Shown here: in pieces, positions 51,158-63,344 of the stretch
Layout: every line of letters starts with the position of its first letter
Position numbering within the stretch: position 1 is the stretch's first letter
Assembly: GCF_006345805.1 (NCBI RefSeq)
Contig: NC_043000.1
Span: 155,806,001-155,870,000 of the forward strand
Source of the DNA: Octopus sinensis
Taxonomy: Eukaryota
Direction: 5' to 3'
DNA: 64,000 nt
Notes under the pieces: generated by a model
Seen by the model: only the letters and a program-made list of their open reading frames with translations
Told to the model about the DNA's origin: nothing
Database searches by the model: none
Program-made: the position numbers and the translations under genes

Positions 51158-52463
51158 GCTAAACGATGAACGATGAAATACAACACTGTCATTAGAAATA
51201 AATAAATTAAGTTATAATTGATCTTAAGTCTTGTAAATTAATTGCTTCATGTTTAACCTTTCAGAGTCCTTAACAAAATCCATTCTATTGAAAACAATTG
51301 AACCATCTCTCAAGTCTGAGGATATCTTATTCTGCTGCTTCCTCCCAAAGCAACATATCAGTCATGAATGACGAAGCCACCTTGACTATGATCCTCCTAT
51401 GAACTGTAAAAATTAATACAGAGAGTAGCTTATTTGTAAAAAAATATAACATGTGACTTCATTGACCGAGGTTACCGTGGTCTTTTCCGTAGGCTTTTCT
51501 TTCCACAGGTAAACCTCACCTGTCTTCCCCTTTACACTTCATATTGACATTTCTGTGATAACGATCCCTACTGATCGATTTTTTCTTTTTCCTCTTTTTT
51601 TTTTTTATTTTATTATTTTTTTTTTTTGCTTTCCTCTTTCCTTCCATTTACGATCCCTTTTGATTGAAAACCAACCCACCTTTTTTATCCCCAAAAGAAA
51701 AGCTCTACCTTGTAATTTGTCCCGTCTGTGTGCAGCCCTGTGTGGCTAATAAAGAAACATATCTATCTCTATTTCTCACTAGTCTCTGAGGCTCTTTAGA
51801 AAAAAAAAAAGGTTATGGCACAACCCTGTCATTTATGACTACTAAGTCACAAAAAGAAAATAATAATAACAATAATCATTTCTGATTTAGGCACAAGGCC
51901 AGCAATTTGTCAGTTGACTCCAGTACTTGACTAGTACTTTATCTTACCAACATTGGATGGATGAAAGGCAAAGTTAACCTCATCAGAGCTTTAGCTCAGA
52001 GTGTAAAGAGCCACAACAAATGCTGTTAGTCCTCCTTATGAATAGCCACCATGTATAAGATGGACTTTGCAATGTTTTACATTGGTGTTCTTGTAAACTG
52101 AATCTTATTCCTGATACATTACACACACACACACACAATCCCTACTCCACATCACTCAAATGTAGATTGAGATAAGCAGAGTTATGTACCTTATTTAAGG
52201 TGCAATAATGGTTTGACAGAATACTTTTGAACTTATAGCCTAGGGTCAACATCATGTAAACACGGGAAGATGAAAGCATGAATATGATGAGGATGATGAT
52301 GGTAGTGATGAATTATTTATTCAGTAAACCAGCACTCTGACCTTACATCCATTAGTACAGTGAATCAAATCACTTACAATCTCCACAATGACACAAATTT
52401 TTAATGTTGCAGCATTTGTAGATTATAGCAGGTGTGGATGTGTGTCAGAGGGTAATGATGTCA

Positions 52464-52464
<1 letters not shown>

Positions 52465-52494
<30 letters not shown>

Positions 52495-52637
52495 GTTTAA
52501 CGTCCGTTTTCCGCGCTAGCACGGGTTGGACGGTTTGACCGGGGTCTGGTAAGCCATGGAGGCTGCACCAGGCTCCAGTCTGATCTGGCAGAGTTTCTAC
52601 AGCTGGATGCCCTTCCTAACGCCAACAACTCCGCGAT
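52465..52637 (-). mobile_element. Repeat family B (truncated)
   Basis: (cat)n plus the reverse block. Confidence 0.8.
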
Positions 52638-54265
52638 ATGAAAGTTAACAAAACATGAAAAGTTGCTTGTTGAAGCAGTTAGTTTTCGTCATTCTATTAT
52701 TGAGGGCATGTCTTGATGTGCTAGACACTGAGGCTGGTCACATAGGGATTTGTCATATTGCAGGAGAGGTCAGCCAAAGTCAACATGGCAAAACAGATGT
52801 TAAAATGATGATCGCTGAGGAAGGAATTTTTCTGAGGATAAAACATCAAGACGATGAATCTGCAGCCTTGGTTTTTCAGTAATTCAGTGAGTAACAAAGT
52901 AGTTAACGAGGGAAGCCTAAAACTACACACAAGTTCATTCAAAGTTAGTGCTTAACTCAGATGCTACTCCGAGTTTCATATCGCGTGGAAAAGTTTTCAA
53001 GTAGATGTATTAAATACTCTGGTTTCTCCCCTTTGCACACCAGAACACTCACAAATACATGAGAGTACCACATGGTGAGTTGTTCTAACTGATGTCTGAG
53101 TTCAAATCTCACTAAAGTCAAGGAGGAATTACAACTGTGTTTTATGGTCTGCTACCATAAAGAGCTCCTTTATAGGATCCAATTAGCTCAAGACATCATC
53201 AGGAGGAACCACGTCCGGTTTCGGCCCCTACTCCTCTACCGTTTTGACGTGGTGCCCCCTCCCCCTTTGGAGGTGTCTTCAGCTCTGGTGTTGGGTGCGT
53301 GTCTTCTTTGTTCTTCTTTCTTCAGTTCTCTGGCCTCTTCGATTTAGTGTCAATGAGTGTCAGATGGTGATTTGTTCCAACTGATGTCTGAGTTCAAATC
53401 CCACGAAGGTCAACTTTACTTTCCATCCTTTCAGGAGCCCATGATGCTAGACTGGCACAATTGCTAGAAGAACATCAGATGGAGAGCTTTGTTCGTCTCA
53501 GCTTCAGCTCTTTGTTGGTGTCACACTGCTCTAGCCTTGCTCTTCTCCTGAACCACATCTACAATGTGAAGAGAGGAAACTTGCATGTGCAGGTTAGTGC
53601 TGGTCTTCTATCAAAACCTTGCCCAAGCCTATACTTTGGAGAGGAACTTTCCAAGTGCAGATATTCAAACTACCTATAACAGACAACAGAGATTATTGAT
53701 TGCTATAATTTGCTGAGAATACAAGATTTACCAAGGGAAAAGTTTCATTGCCAAAACACTTTACAGAGAGTGTATAAAATATTTTGACATGAAACTCTCA
53801 AGGTCTTGAGTGACTCCTATAGTATTTGCAGCAAATAAAACTTTATACATCAGCCAATCAATAGCTTCCGAGTGAATCTGTTAGATGGAGACTGTACAAA
53901 ACTCACTGTGTGCACACACACACACACGCACATTCTATTTTTAAGCAGTAGAAAATTATAAAAACGACTGAAGGGCAGAGTTTTGGTCATGGCACATATC
54001 AAACCTCTGTAGATGTGTATGTGTGTCTATGTGAATGTTCAGCACTTTATATATAAAAAAACCCACATACAGTGATGTTTGTGACATTTCTCTTACAAGA
54101 CATTTCCATTTCATTTTATTCAAGTGTTAAACGAACACTATTTTTAATGTTCTTTGTTAATCATGTGCTGGCTAATGATCTTTTATTGATTTTTACATTA
54201 AATTTATTACAAGTCAGTGAGATACAATTAGTGAAAAGGAAAAAAAAATATTTCAAACAGTATAC

Positions 54266-54442
54266 CTGCAGTAACATTTCTCAGCAATGAAGACATTCCC
54301 TGGGATACACCGGTAAGAAAAGCTCCAGGACCTTGTGTTAGACCAGTGATTGGCAGCTTGAACAGATCAGCCACCCCTGTGCCAATATTGCGCACAAGAC
54401 CAGTTGGATTCCCAAGAATTTCTAAAGAACCAACAACTATTC
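54266..54442 (-). CDS. VPS13B: VPS13B coding exon, GIVVGSLEILGNPTGLVRNIGTGVADLFKLPITGLTQGPGAFLTGVSQGMSSLLRNVTA
   Basis: Hand-translated (below the ORF-track cutoff). gattttcag acceptor, gtatac donor; 177 nt, phase 1 to 1. Matches the vertebrate VPS13B GSLDILGSP..GPGAF motif as I recall it. Confidence 0.95.
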
Positions 54443-54564
54443 CTGAAAATCAAATAAATAAACAATAAGTAGACGAAAAAGGAGGGAAAGTAAGATAAAA
54501 AAGATGCCAAAATCTTTTGGGATTAGATTCTCCTTATTTCGAAAAGCCATACGTACATGCTGGC

Positions 54565-54830
54565 TTGACTGGGTGGTTAAAAAGTTTCTTTTATAATCAT
54601 GTTTTCAGATTCGATTCCACTATATAGCACCTTGAGCAAGTGTTTTCTACCATAGTTTTGGGTTGGCTAATGACATGTGAATGAAACCCGTCACTTAGCG
54701 GTTCGGCAAAAGAGACCAATAGAATAAGTACTGGGCTTACAATGAATAAGTCCCGGGGCTGAGTTGCTCGACTAAAGGCGGTGCTCCAGCATGGCCACAG
54801 TCAAATGACTGAAACAAGTAAAAGAGTTAA
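54565..54830 (+). mobile_element. SINE family A: degenerate head joined to a well-preserved 3' half
   Basis: 3' half 54688-54829 is close to the other copies; the head is diverged. Confidence 0.7.
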
Positions 54831-55505
54831 AAAAGTAAGGCAGATACAAACTGAAACTCATCTGCATTTTACACCTGTTTTTTTTATGCCAAGGTGGGTT
54901 GAACAGGTCATCATAATAATAGCCAATTCTTATTTGAAGTTACTGCTCTCTTGTTTGTGTCTAAAGACCTTGTATTGTTTGAATATTTCACTTTTGGCTT
55001 ACTTTCTAAGGCTAGAAGCTCTTCCTACTTGTTTTATAAAATGGACCGACTGACATATAGATATTTATGCCTGTTATGTGTGCATGCAAGGTTGTGTGTT
55101 TGTCTCTGTATGAACACTGTTTGGACAGCATTTGGTTTAAGTATAAGAAAAATGCTTCATAACTTGGGAGCTCAACATGTGAAGATCAGTGAAATAAAGT
55201 ACTTCTTTGGTCAAAAACAGTAAGGTTCTATGTCAAGCAAGGTATTCAAGTGTAGAATTGCCTCAAAGAGTTGCTTCCAAACCATGCCAGTATAAAAGAA
55301 AATGAATATAAAACAATGATGATGACAGCTTTTCTAAGTCAATCTACCAAAGTATTGATCATTCAATACACAGCTAATTAGTGGATATTTCAAGAGTAAA
55401 TGAAGAACTTCACCTACAGCAAGGTATAAAAGCACTTTGATACCGCAATAGCTTCTTAAAACAATAAACATGGAAACAGCAATAATGCAATTTCAAAACA
55501 CTTAC

Positions 55506-56788
55506 CTGCACGAAACAAGGCTCCAGATGCATAATGCATAGTAATTGAGCGAATGAGATGTTGGCATGATGTAAAGATTTCATCTTTCTCAAACTTGCCA
55601 AATGATAATGGTGAATGGTCTGATGCAATGAAAAGCTTCAATGATGCATGTACACTGAGTAATGTGTTGATAGGATGGATGCACAAATATTGCATTCTGA
55701 TTGGGGAATTGTGAACTTTTGCCGCTTGCAACAGTGATCGTGGCAAATGCTTTAGACTACTGGACTCTTGAGGTTCACTGGAGAGTGGAGTTGGAATGAA
55801 TGCTTGAAGTTCTTTGAAAAGTCGATAAATGAAGGCGTCTTCAACAAACAGAGCCAATGGCTGTACAGAAATGTCTAAAGCTCTGATGAAGGAACCAGAA
55901 TTTGAAACGTCAGTCTCCAAGACTAATTGTAAATGTAGAAAGCTGTCAGATTTCAAAATAGCATGTTTTTCAATTGCACTCATGTGACTCTCGATCGTAG
56001 GTATTGTCGTCTTTTTGGATGATGCTGGAGACTGCTGACGAATGAGAATGACTGGGAAATCATACTGTGCTCTGTGAAATAGTTGATTATCATTTGTATG
56101 TCACCGATGCAAAGGCTACTACAAGATTTCGACATTTGTAGCATCTGTGATGGGAAGTTCGTTGCTGGATAGTGTGCCAAGAAAAAATTGGACAGAGAGA
56201 TACATAAGATTTCACCAATTATATCAGACGAGCTCATTTCATCGAGTATGATAATACAGACATTTTTGAGTAAACAGCCACAATTGAAACAAATGTCCCA
56301 CTTGGGATCTAACGATGTTAGCATATTAGCTTTTTGTAAGGACATAACGGATGAAAATGTTGATGATTTCTTAACAGTCTCCTTCGAACCCGATGTTATT
56401 TGATCCTTGATGAGAACAGTGGTTTCCCGCCCTTTTATTCGACTGCGGATTTCTTTTGCAGATATATCTGCTTTACTAACAGGTTCCAAAATTAAGTATG
56501 TTGTCATGTTAACTCTTTCCACATGAACTTTGATGTCAGAAAAGTTTGGTATACGGAGAAAAGTATCGTAATGTGACAAAATATCAATTCCACTGCTCCA
56601 CCGTGCTTTTGTAGTCCCACAAACGTCGTCCTGTGATGAAACACCAATATGAAGCTTTGGCAATATTTGGCTACCTGGCATTTCAGGGAAGGTAGAATTA
56701 ATAAACGGCATGGTGTAATATACACATTTACCAGCAGCTATTGTAGGAAGAGCATCCAAATACTCTGTTTCTTCTAAAACTGTTACAT
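55506..56788 (-). CDS. VPS13B: VPS13B large coding exon carrying a 1-nt frameshift at about 56091
   Basis: caaattag acceptor, gtaagt donor. 1283 nt where phase 1 to 1 needs 1284. The upstream frame reads ...SSLCIGDIQ; the downstream frame reads DNQLFHRAQYDFPVIL...LALFVEDAFIY...HYASGALFRA, typical VPS13B C-terminal motifs. Confidence 0.92.
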
Positions 56789-57631
56789 CTAATTTGAAAA
56801 CAAAAAAAAAAGAAAGTCCAATTAATCCAAAAGGAAATTAAAAATTACAAGTACAAAATCTAAAATAAGTAAATAAGAATTATAAATTATTTTACAGTCT
56901 AATTGACAATGTAAACTGTAAAAATAAGCTTAAAGTTAAATTTTTATTTCGAGGCTTTTTCCAAAATAAAAATTGTGTTTCATTTAAGCTACAGTCAAAT
57001 TTAAAATGAGTGATCTCCTTTGAAATAAATAACCAGTGTTATATCAAACTACCCTAAATTGACTGAGTAGGTAACATAGATGCTCACATATAAAAGGTTC
57101 AACATTTTGACCCATATAATTTCATGTTAAACTGTATTCATAGACAAAAAACTTCTAATTTATCTCTTGTGGGCCATGGTACCTAGTTATGAAGTAGGTA
57201 GTATTTTGAAGAAATGAAGTTAATTGCTAAAAGCACCAAGGATTTCGTATCACTGAAATACAACAATGGCTTCAAATCAGGGCACACGTATTGGTAAAAA
57301 TAACTTTCTCCACAAATGCTATTTTAAGAAGAATTCCTTAATAATACTCCAAGAATCCAATGAATTATGAAACACACCCACAATATACACACTAACACCC
57401 TTCTCCTCAACACCACATGTAAGAATTTCGTAAAGATATGATTTGGTGAGGCTGGTGAGCAGAGTCTTATCTGACTATTCTAATTAGAATGAAACATCCA
57501 ATTAAATCAATATCTAATGCCACAAGCATTTAACTCACACTGTAGATCCTGTATAAACAATTTATGTCCATTTGTCTTAATTAAAGAAATATATGAAATA
57601 AAAACAATGTCCAAGAATATAAATTCCATAC

Positions 57632-57877
57632 CACTTATGCTGAGATTCATTAAAGTCTGTCCGTAGGTAACTGGGAAAGAACAACAGTTTGAAATCAAGC
57701 AACCCGGAGAATTATCTTGCTCTGCCACAAAGTAAGTAAGTCCTTCATCTGTGTGGCCACTGATAACCAAGGGACGAGTTGTTGCATAGCTGCTGGCTTT
57801 TATTGGCACAGAAGTTGTAAGTCGAACACCAGCTTTACTGGAAGTTATTCTTAAAGGAAAAGACCAAGCAGATTCAT
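57632..57877 (-). CDS. VPS13B: VPS13B coding exon, (D)ESAWSFPLRI...EQDNSPGCLISNCCSFPVTYGQTLMNLSIS
   Basis: ctccacag acceptor, gtatgg donor; 246 nt, phase 1 to 1; W-S motif and SP..LISN.C motif resemble the VPS13 VAB-repeat region. Confidence 0.88.
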
Positions 57878-57924
57878 CTGTGGAGACAAACAAAAAAGGA
57901 GATTGAAAATCACAACAAAAACAG

Positions 57925-58143
57925 TTAACCCTTTAAACTTTAAACCAGACATATCCGGTTCAATTATTCTGTTTTATGTTCACACTAATCCAGCCTCTTG
58001 CACCTACCCTACAATGTTATTCTAAAAGTAACCAATCATATCATTGAAATTGCAAAGCTGTGAGATAATCCATGATTAATTCAAAAGAATGTGAATAAAT
58101 AAGAATTACATTTGACAGAGTAATCTGAATGGTAAAGGATTAG
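57925..58143 (+). mobile_element. piggyBac-type MITE, family P2 (degenerate)
   Basis: ttaacccttt start, aatctgaatggtaaaggattag end; homologous to 58159-58386. Confidence 0.7.
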
Positions 58144-58158
58144 GTGAAGTTAAATGAA

Positions 58159-58386
58159 TTAACCCTTTAGTGTTTAAACTGGCCATATCCGGCCAAAATA
58201 TTCTACCTATTTTATGTTCAAACTAGTCAGATATGGTCATTCATAGCTACCTTATTGTGTCATTTTAAAAATAAACAATCACATCATTGAAATCTCAAAG
58301 CCATGAAATGAGGCAAGATTAATTTTACATGGTATGAATACATAAGCTTTACATTTGACAGAATAATCTGAATGCTAAAGGGTTAA
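58159..58386 (+). mobile_element. piggyBac-type MITE, family P2
   Basis: TTAACCCTTTAG...CTAAAGGGTTAA termini. Confidence 0.8.
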
Positions 58387-58434
58387 TAAAATAAAATAAA
58401 ATTTTAAAAGTTTATCAAAAATCATTCCGAATAC

Positions 58435-58651
58435 CTGTAGGCTCTAATTCATGGATTTGATATTGGTTGCTTTTATCAATCTCTCGCAGTCGAATGTAAT
58501 GAACAAAATTGTTTTTCTGATTGAAATCAATGCCTTGGTGTTTCTCTTGTAATAGGACTGTCCACGACAATAGGGGGCTCAAATTGTCAGCATCTTTGGA
58601 CTGGCTGTGACTTGGAATAATGCATTGTTCTTTTTCAGTAGGGAGAGTAAC
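58435..58651 (-). CDS. VPS13B: VPS13B coding exon, VTLPTEKEQC...HELEPT
   Basis: ttatttcag acceptor, gtattc donor; 217 nt, phase 0 to 1; open frame (ORF 58415..58672). Confidence 0.8.
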
Positions 58652-58949
58652 CTGAAATAATTCCAAAACCAATCACTATTTTGAAGTTTATAGAATTTCT
58701 ATGATAAATGTAATTTTGTGCAAATGCAACAAGTAGCTCACAATGAGATGAGGGAAGATTCTGGGCTCCGAACATTATAATAATATTTCCTTGCAAGGTT
58801 TTGACAATTAGAATTTTTTTTTAGAAAAATGAAAATGGAAAGTTATGTAATCATTTAACCTAAAGGTATTTATAACATAAATGAACTCAAGAACTTATCT
58901 AGGAAATGAACTCAAGGAAGACATAGGACAAGGTGGTGAAGCATGATCT

Positions 58950-59424
58950 TCAAACATTGGGCCTCATGGAGGCAATGACAAATGACTGAGACCTTTTCGC
59001 AATATGCTGTGCTTGAGAAAAGCCATCAAGCCAAGTGAAACTGTAGTCTTGACTAATGCTGTTGTCATGTAACAAGCACCTGTGCTGGTGGTATGTAAAA
59101 AGCATGCTTTGAACATGGGGCCTCACAGAGGCTATGCTAAGTAACCAAAGACTTTTGGCAATATGCTGTGCTTGAGAAAAGTCATGAAGCCAAGTGAAAG
59201 CATAGTTGTGGCCAATGCCGGTGTCACATAACTGGCACCCATGCTGGAGGAAGTGTAAAAGGTACTCATTACACTCTTGGAGTGGCTGGTGTTAGAAAAG
59301 GCATCCAGCTATAGAAATCATGCCAAATCAGATTGGAACCTGGTAAGCTCTTCAGCTTACCAGATTCAGTCAAACCATGTAAACCCATGCCAGCATGGAA
59401 AGCAGGTGCTAAATGATGATGATT
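58950..59424 (+). mobile_element. Repeat family B, diverged variant with an about 159-bp tandem duplication
   Basis: aacattgggcctca at about 58953 recurs as aacatggggcctca at about 59111. Confidence 0.65.
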
Positions 59425-59710
59425 GCAAGTGTTCAATATGAAATTAACTCTGCAACTTAGCAGCAGCCAGTCTAAGAAAACCGGTTGTGATTTTAATGAA
59501 CATACCAAAACAACAGTCGGTTTTTCTTTTTTTTCTTTTTACCATGTATTTTGTGAACAACAGTGTTATTGGTTATAGGTTTCCAATGAGTCAATGGTTT
59601 ACTGTGTTTCCAATAACAAGAACAAGAGGTATCTGTGTAATTTACATAAAATAAACACAAGGTATTCTTGTGCAACCACACCAGTTTCTCAGTGTTCTTG
59701 TCAATATTCA

Positions 59711-60116
59711 TTTACTCATTTACTTGTTTCAGTCATTTGACTGTGGCCATGCTGGAGCACCGCCTTTAGTCGAGGAAATCGACCCCAGGACTTATTCTTT
59801 GTAAGCCCAGTACTTATTCTATCGGTCTCTTTTGCCGAACCGCTAAGTTACGGGGATGTAAACACACCAGCATCGGTTGTCAAGCAATGCTAGGGGGACA
59901 AACACAGTCACACAAACACATACACACACGTATATGTATATATACATATATACGACAGGCTTCTTTCAGTTTCCGTCTACGAAATCCACTCACAAGGCTT
60001 TGGTCAGCCCGAGGCTATAGCAGAAGACACTTGCCCAAGGTGCCACGCAATGGGACTGAACCCGGAACCATGTGGTTCGTAAGCAAGCTACTTACCACAC
60101 AGCCACTCCTACGCCT
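59711..60116 (-). mobile_element. SINE family A, full length
   Basis: Homologous to the other A copies. Confidence 0.88.
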
Positions 60117-60377
60117 ATGTATATGTATATCTTTTGTCAACATAAATAATGAAAGACATATACACACACTAAATCAGATACACACAAAGACTTATCTCTC
60201 ATTTATTTTGATATATATAACTAAGTTGTTGTAAAGAGGACATCTACACAACACACCCATGCTTGTGTCCAGTGGAGGAGAGGGCAGATAGAAAGCTGTG
60301 ATAAAAGAAGATTTTATGGTCTGATAAAGCTCAAACTAAATAATGTAACAACTAGGAGTGAAATATTGGTTTCACAT

Positions 60378-60566
60378 TTTGGCACAAAGCCAGCAATTTT
60401 AGGTGAAGGGTCAGTCGATTACATCGATCCCAGTGTTCAACTGGTACTTATTTTATCGACCCCGAAAGGATGAGAGGCAAAGTTGACCTCAGGGGAACTT
60501 GAACTCAGAATGTAAAGATGGACAAAATGCTGCTAAGCATTTCACCTGGCATGCTAATGATTCTGC
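60378..60566 (-). mobile_element. SINE family C; further degenerate copies near 960, 13130, 13860, 15080, 15480, 28260, 29245, 29900 and 51890
   Basis: Same core motifs; flanked by gtgaaatattg on both sides. Confidence 0.75.
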
Positions 60567-60715
60567 CAGGGGTGAAATATTGCAGAGAAACTTAGTATAG
60601 GAGTGAAATATTGCAGAGAAACTTAGTATATTAAAACATCTCAGTTATTTCAGGTTTAACCAAGAAGAATTATGGTCAAGGAGAGTAGATTGTGACCATC
60701 CTATCTTTTATTCAG

Positions 60716-61030
60716 ATTGGCACGTAAAAAGCACCATCCGACCGTGGCCGTTTGCCAACCTCGCCTGGCCTCTGTGCCGGTGGCACGTAAAAAGCATCAT
60801 CCGATCGTGGCCGTTTGCCAGCCTCCCCTGGCACCTGTGCCAGTGACACGTAAAAAGCACCCACTACACTCACGGAGTGGTTGGCGTTAGGAAGGGCATC
60901 CAGCTGTAGAAACACTGCCAGATCAGACTGGGCCTGGTGCAGCCTTCTGGCTTCCCAGACCCCAGTTGAACCGTCCAACCCATGCTAGCATGGAAAGCGG
61001 ACGTTAAACGATGATGATGATGATGATGAT
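60716..61030 (+). mobile_element. Repeat family B
   Basis: Subrepeats, conserved block and (atg)n tail. Confidence 0.82.
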
Positions 61031-61466
61031 TGTATCTACAACTGCATAATCTAATGAGTACTTTTTAAAAAGACTATAGGATGTAATTTGAGGGACATTT
61101 TGCTGCTGTTTATAGCATATCAGGTAATGACACCCAATTAGGCTTGTTATTTGGATATAAATACAGAAATGGTAAGGACGACAGTGGTGGTTGACTTTGT
61201 ATTCCTTTCATCATTTTATAGCTATTTTTCTGTGTTCATACAATTGAGAGATTCCTGAAAATTTGAATTTTTTCAGAGGTAGATTCTTATTGATCTGTTA
61301 ACATAATTCAATCACAATCTAAAAGTGATACTACATTATCAGCCAGACATTTAAAGGCAAACAGGATTATGTAACTTTGCCAGAGAATAAAACAACTGTT
61401 GCAGAAAGATTTGAAATTGTGACCAAATAGTACAGTTACAGGATTCCTAAAACAACGGGCACTTAC

Positions 61467-61604
61467 CTTACCGTGACCCAACGGCACACAGACCATTTGT
61501 ATTTGATAGGGGGTTCCACTTAGGTTTGTAAGAGAGAACCGTTCTGACACAGTAATGACCCTTATGTTGTGATGTACTGATGAATTCACAGTGAAGAAAT
61601 AAGC
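61467..61604 (-). CDS. VPS13B: VPS13B coding exon (first in window), AYFFTVNSSVHHNIRVITVSERFSLTNLSGTPYQIQMVCVPLGHGK
   Basis: Acceptor ttctttcatttcag before 61604, donor gtaagt after 61467; 138 nt, phase 0 to 0; joins the next exon in frame. Confidence 0.8.
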
Positions 61605-61685
61605 CTGAAATGAAAGAATTGGAATATTATGGTATAAATATCAGAAGTATTAAACAAGAGCTTGGACTATCTTTAGTGTATCACA

Positions 61686-61971
61686 TATGTTGCCGTTGCC
61701 AGCGCCGCCCCGACTGGCTTCCATGCTGGTAGCATATAAAAAGCACCATCCGATCGTGGCCGTTTGCCAGACTCGTCTGGCACCTGTGCCGGTGGCACAT
61801 AAAAAGCACCCATTACACTCATGGAGTGGTTGGCGTTAGGAAGGGCATCTAGCCATAGAAACATTGCCAGATCAGACTGGGCCTGGTGCAGCCTTCTGGC
61901 TTCCCAGACCCCAGTTGCACCGTCCAACCCATGCCAACATGGAAAGCAGATGCTAAACGATGATGATGATA
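61686..61971 (+). mobile_element. Repeat family B
   Basis: Subrepeat, conserved block and tail. Confidence 0.8.
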
Positions 61972-62190
61972 AATGAAAAGCTAGTAAAATTAAAATGTAA
62001 AATGTTTCTGTAGTTGACAATTCTTGGTTAATTCTGTTTGGATGAGGATATTACTTACAGATAGCTAGAAACACTGGGAAACAACTCCTAAATATACCAT
62101 TCTGGACATGAAGATATGTGTCCACATTGCTTAGAGCCAATGTAATTTATATAGCCAACATTCTTGCTTGTGACCATGATATTTCTAAAA

Positions 62191-62709
62191 TACTGTAAAT
62201 CCCCGAGTATAATCCGCATTTTTTCCCCAAAATTTAAAGGTCAAAATCCCTAGTGCGTACTATATATGAGGTTAAAAATGGAAAATATTTTCTAAGCAAT
62301 GTCTGAGTCATTATTTGCTGTCCGGCAATGTTTATTCAGACACATTTTGTGATGTCAGGCGCAAAAATCCCTTAAGCTAAGCCTGAAAGCAATGAAGTCA
62401 TAAAAGAATCATCCATAACTTGCAGTAAGCAACATTTATTAAACGTTATTACTGTTATTTCTTTATTTTCTGCAAGCAAAATGCACAAAAAAGCTACACG
62501 CTTGTATTATGTTATATATACAATAATAATAATAAAGGACGTTACTGTATACATTTTTACAAACCAAGGATGTTATATAGACCTCCTTGACTCAAATTAG
62601 AGAAGGGGTGTGTATTATACACAAGGTTTAGGTTTTTCAGAGCTACAGCCCACTAAAAATCCCCTGCGTATTATACTCAAGGGCAGACTATACTCGAGGA
62701 TTTACGTTA
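62191..62709. mobile_element. Tc1/pogo-type MITE
   Basis: TA-flanked TIRs TACTGTAAATCCCCGAGTATAATCCGC / GCAGACTATACTCGAGGATTTACGTTA. Confidence 0.8.
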
Positions 62710-62955
62710 AGTATGCTTTCCAAATATATGATTTAACTTTTAAAGATCATGCAACAGGCTGAATGTAGGAGCTAAATCTCTACAATACAATTTATGTAAA
62801 ACACCATAAAACATCAAAAGAATTCATTCTGTATGAAAATATACTACACCATCCTCAAATATCCTCTTATCTTAATGATTTACATTTTATACATAGATAT
62901 GTAAATGCACAAAAGGAACCGCACATAATTGCAAAGATGTGTAATACACATAAAT

Positions 62956-63344
62956 GAGGATGGAAGCACTCCATCGGTTACGACGACGAGGGTTCCGGTT
63001 GATCTGATCAACAGAACAGCCTGCTCATGAAATTAACGTGTAAGTGGCTGAGCACTCCACAGACACGTGTACCCTTAACGTAGTTCTCGGGAATATTCAG
63101 CGTGACACAGAGAATGACAAGGCCGGCCCTTTGAAATACAGGTACAATAGAAACAGGAAGTAAGAGTGAGAGAAAGTTGTGGTGAAAGAGTACAGCAGGG
63201 ATCACCACCATCCCTGCTGGAGCCTTGTGGAGCTTTTAGGTGTTTTCGCTCAATAAACACTCACAACGCCCGGTCTGGGACTCGAAACCACGATCCTATG
63301 ACCGTGAGTCCGCTGCCCTAACCACTGGGCCATTGCGCCTCCAC
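62956..63344 (-). mobile_element. tRNA-derived SINE, family O
   Basis: Reverse copy; 14-bp TSD taatacacataaat (62942-62955 / 63346-63359). Confidence 0.88.

Noticed and set aside
56088-56100. Programmed -1 ribosomal frameshift as the explanation for the VPS13B frame change
   Set aside because: No slippery heptamer or obvious downstream stimulatory structure; an indel error or mutation is simpler.
60572-60632. 31-bp tandem duplication (and an 18-bp one at about 18502-18538)
   Set aside because: Ordinary slippage-type duplications with no further structure.
60716-60870. Regularly spaced ttttacgtgccacc motifs as a CRISPR-like array
   Set aside because: The intervening sequences are homologous to each other, the host is eukaryotic, and there are no cas genes.
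62059-62190. Possible additional VPS13B exon ending at a gtaagt donor at 62058
   Set aside because: The required phase-0 frame has a TAG four codons before the donor; the next upstream exon is probably outside the window.
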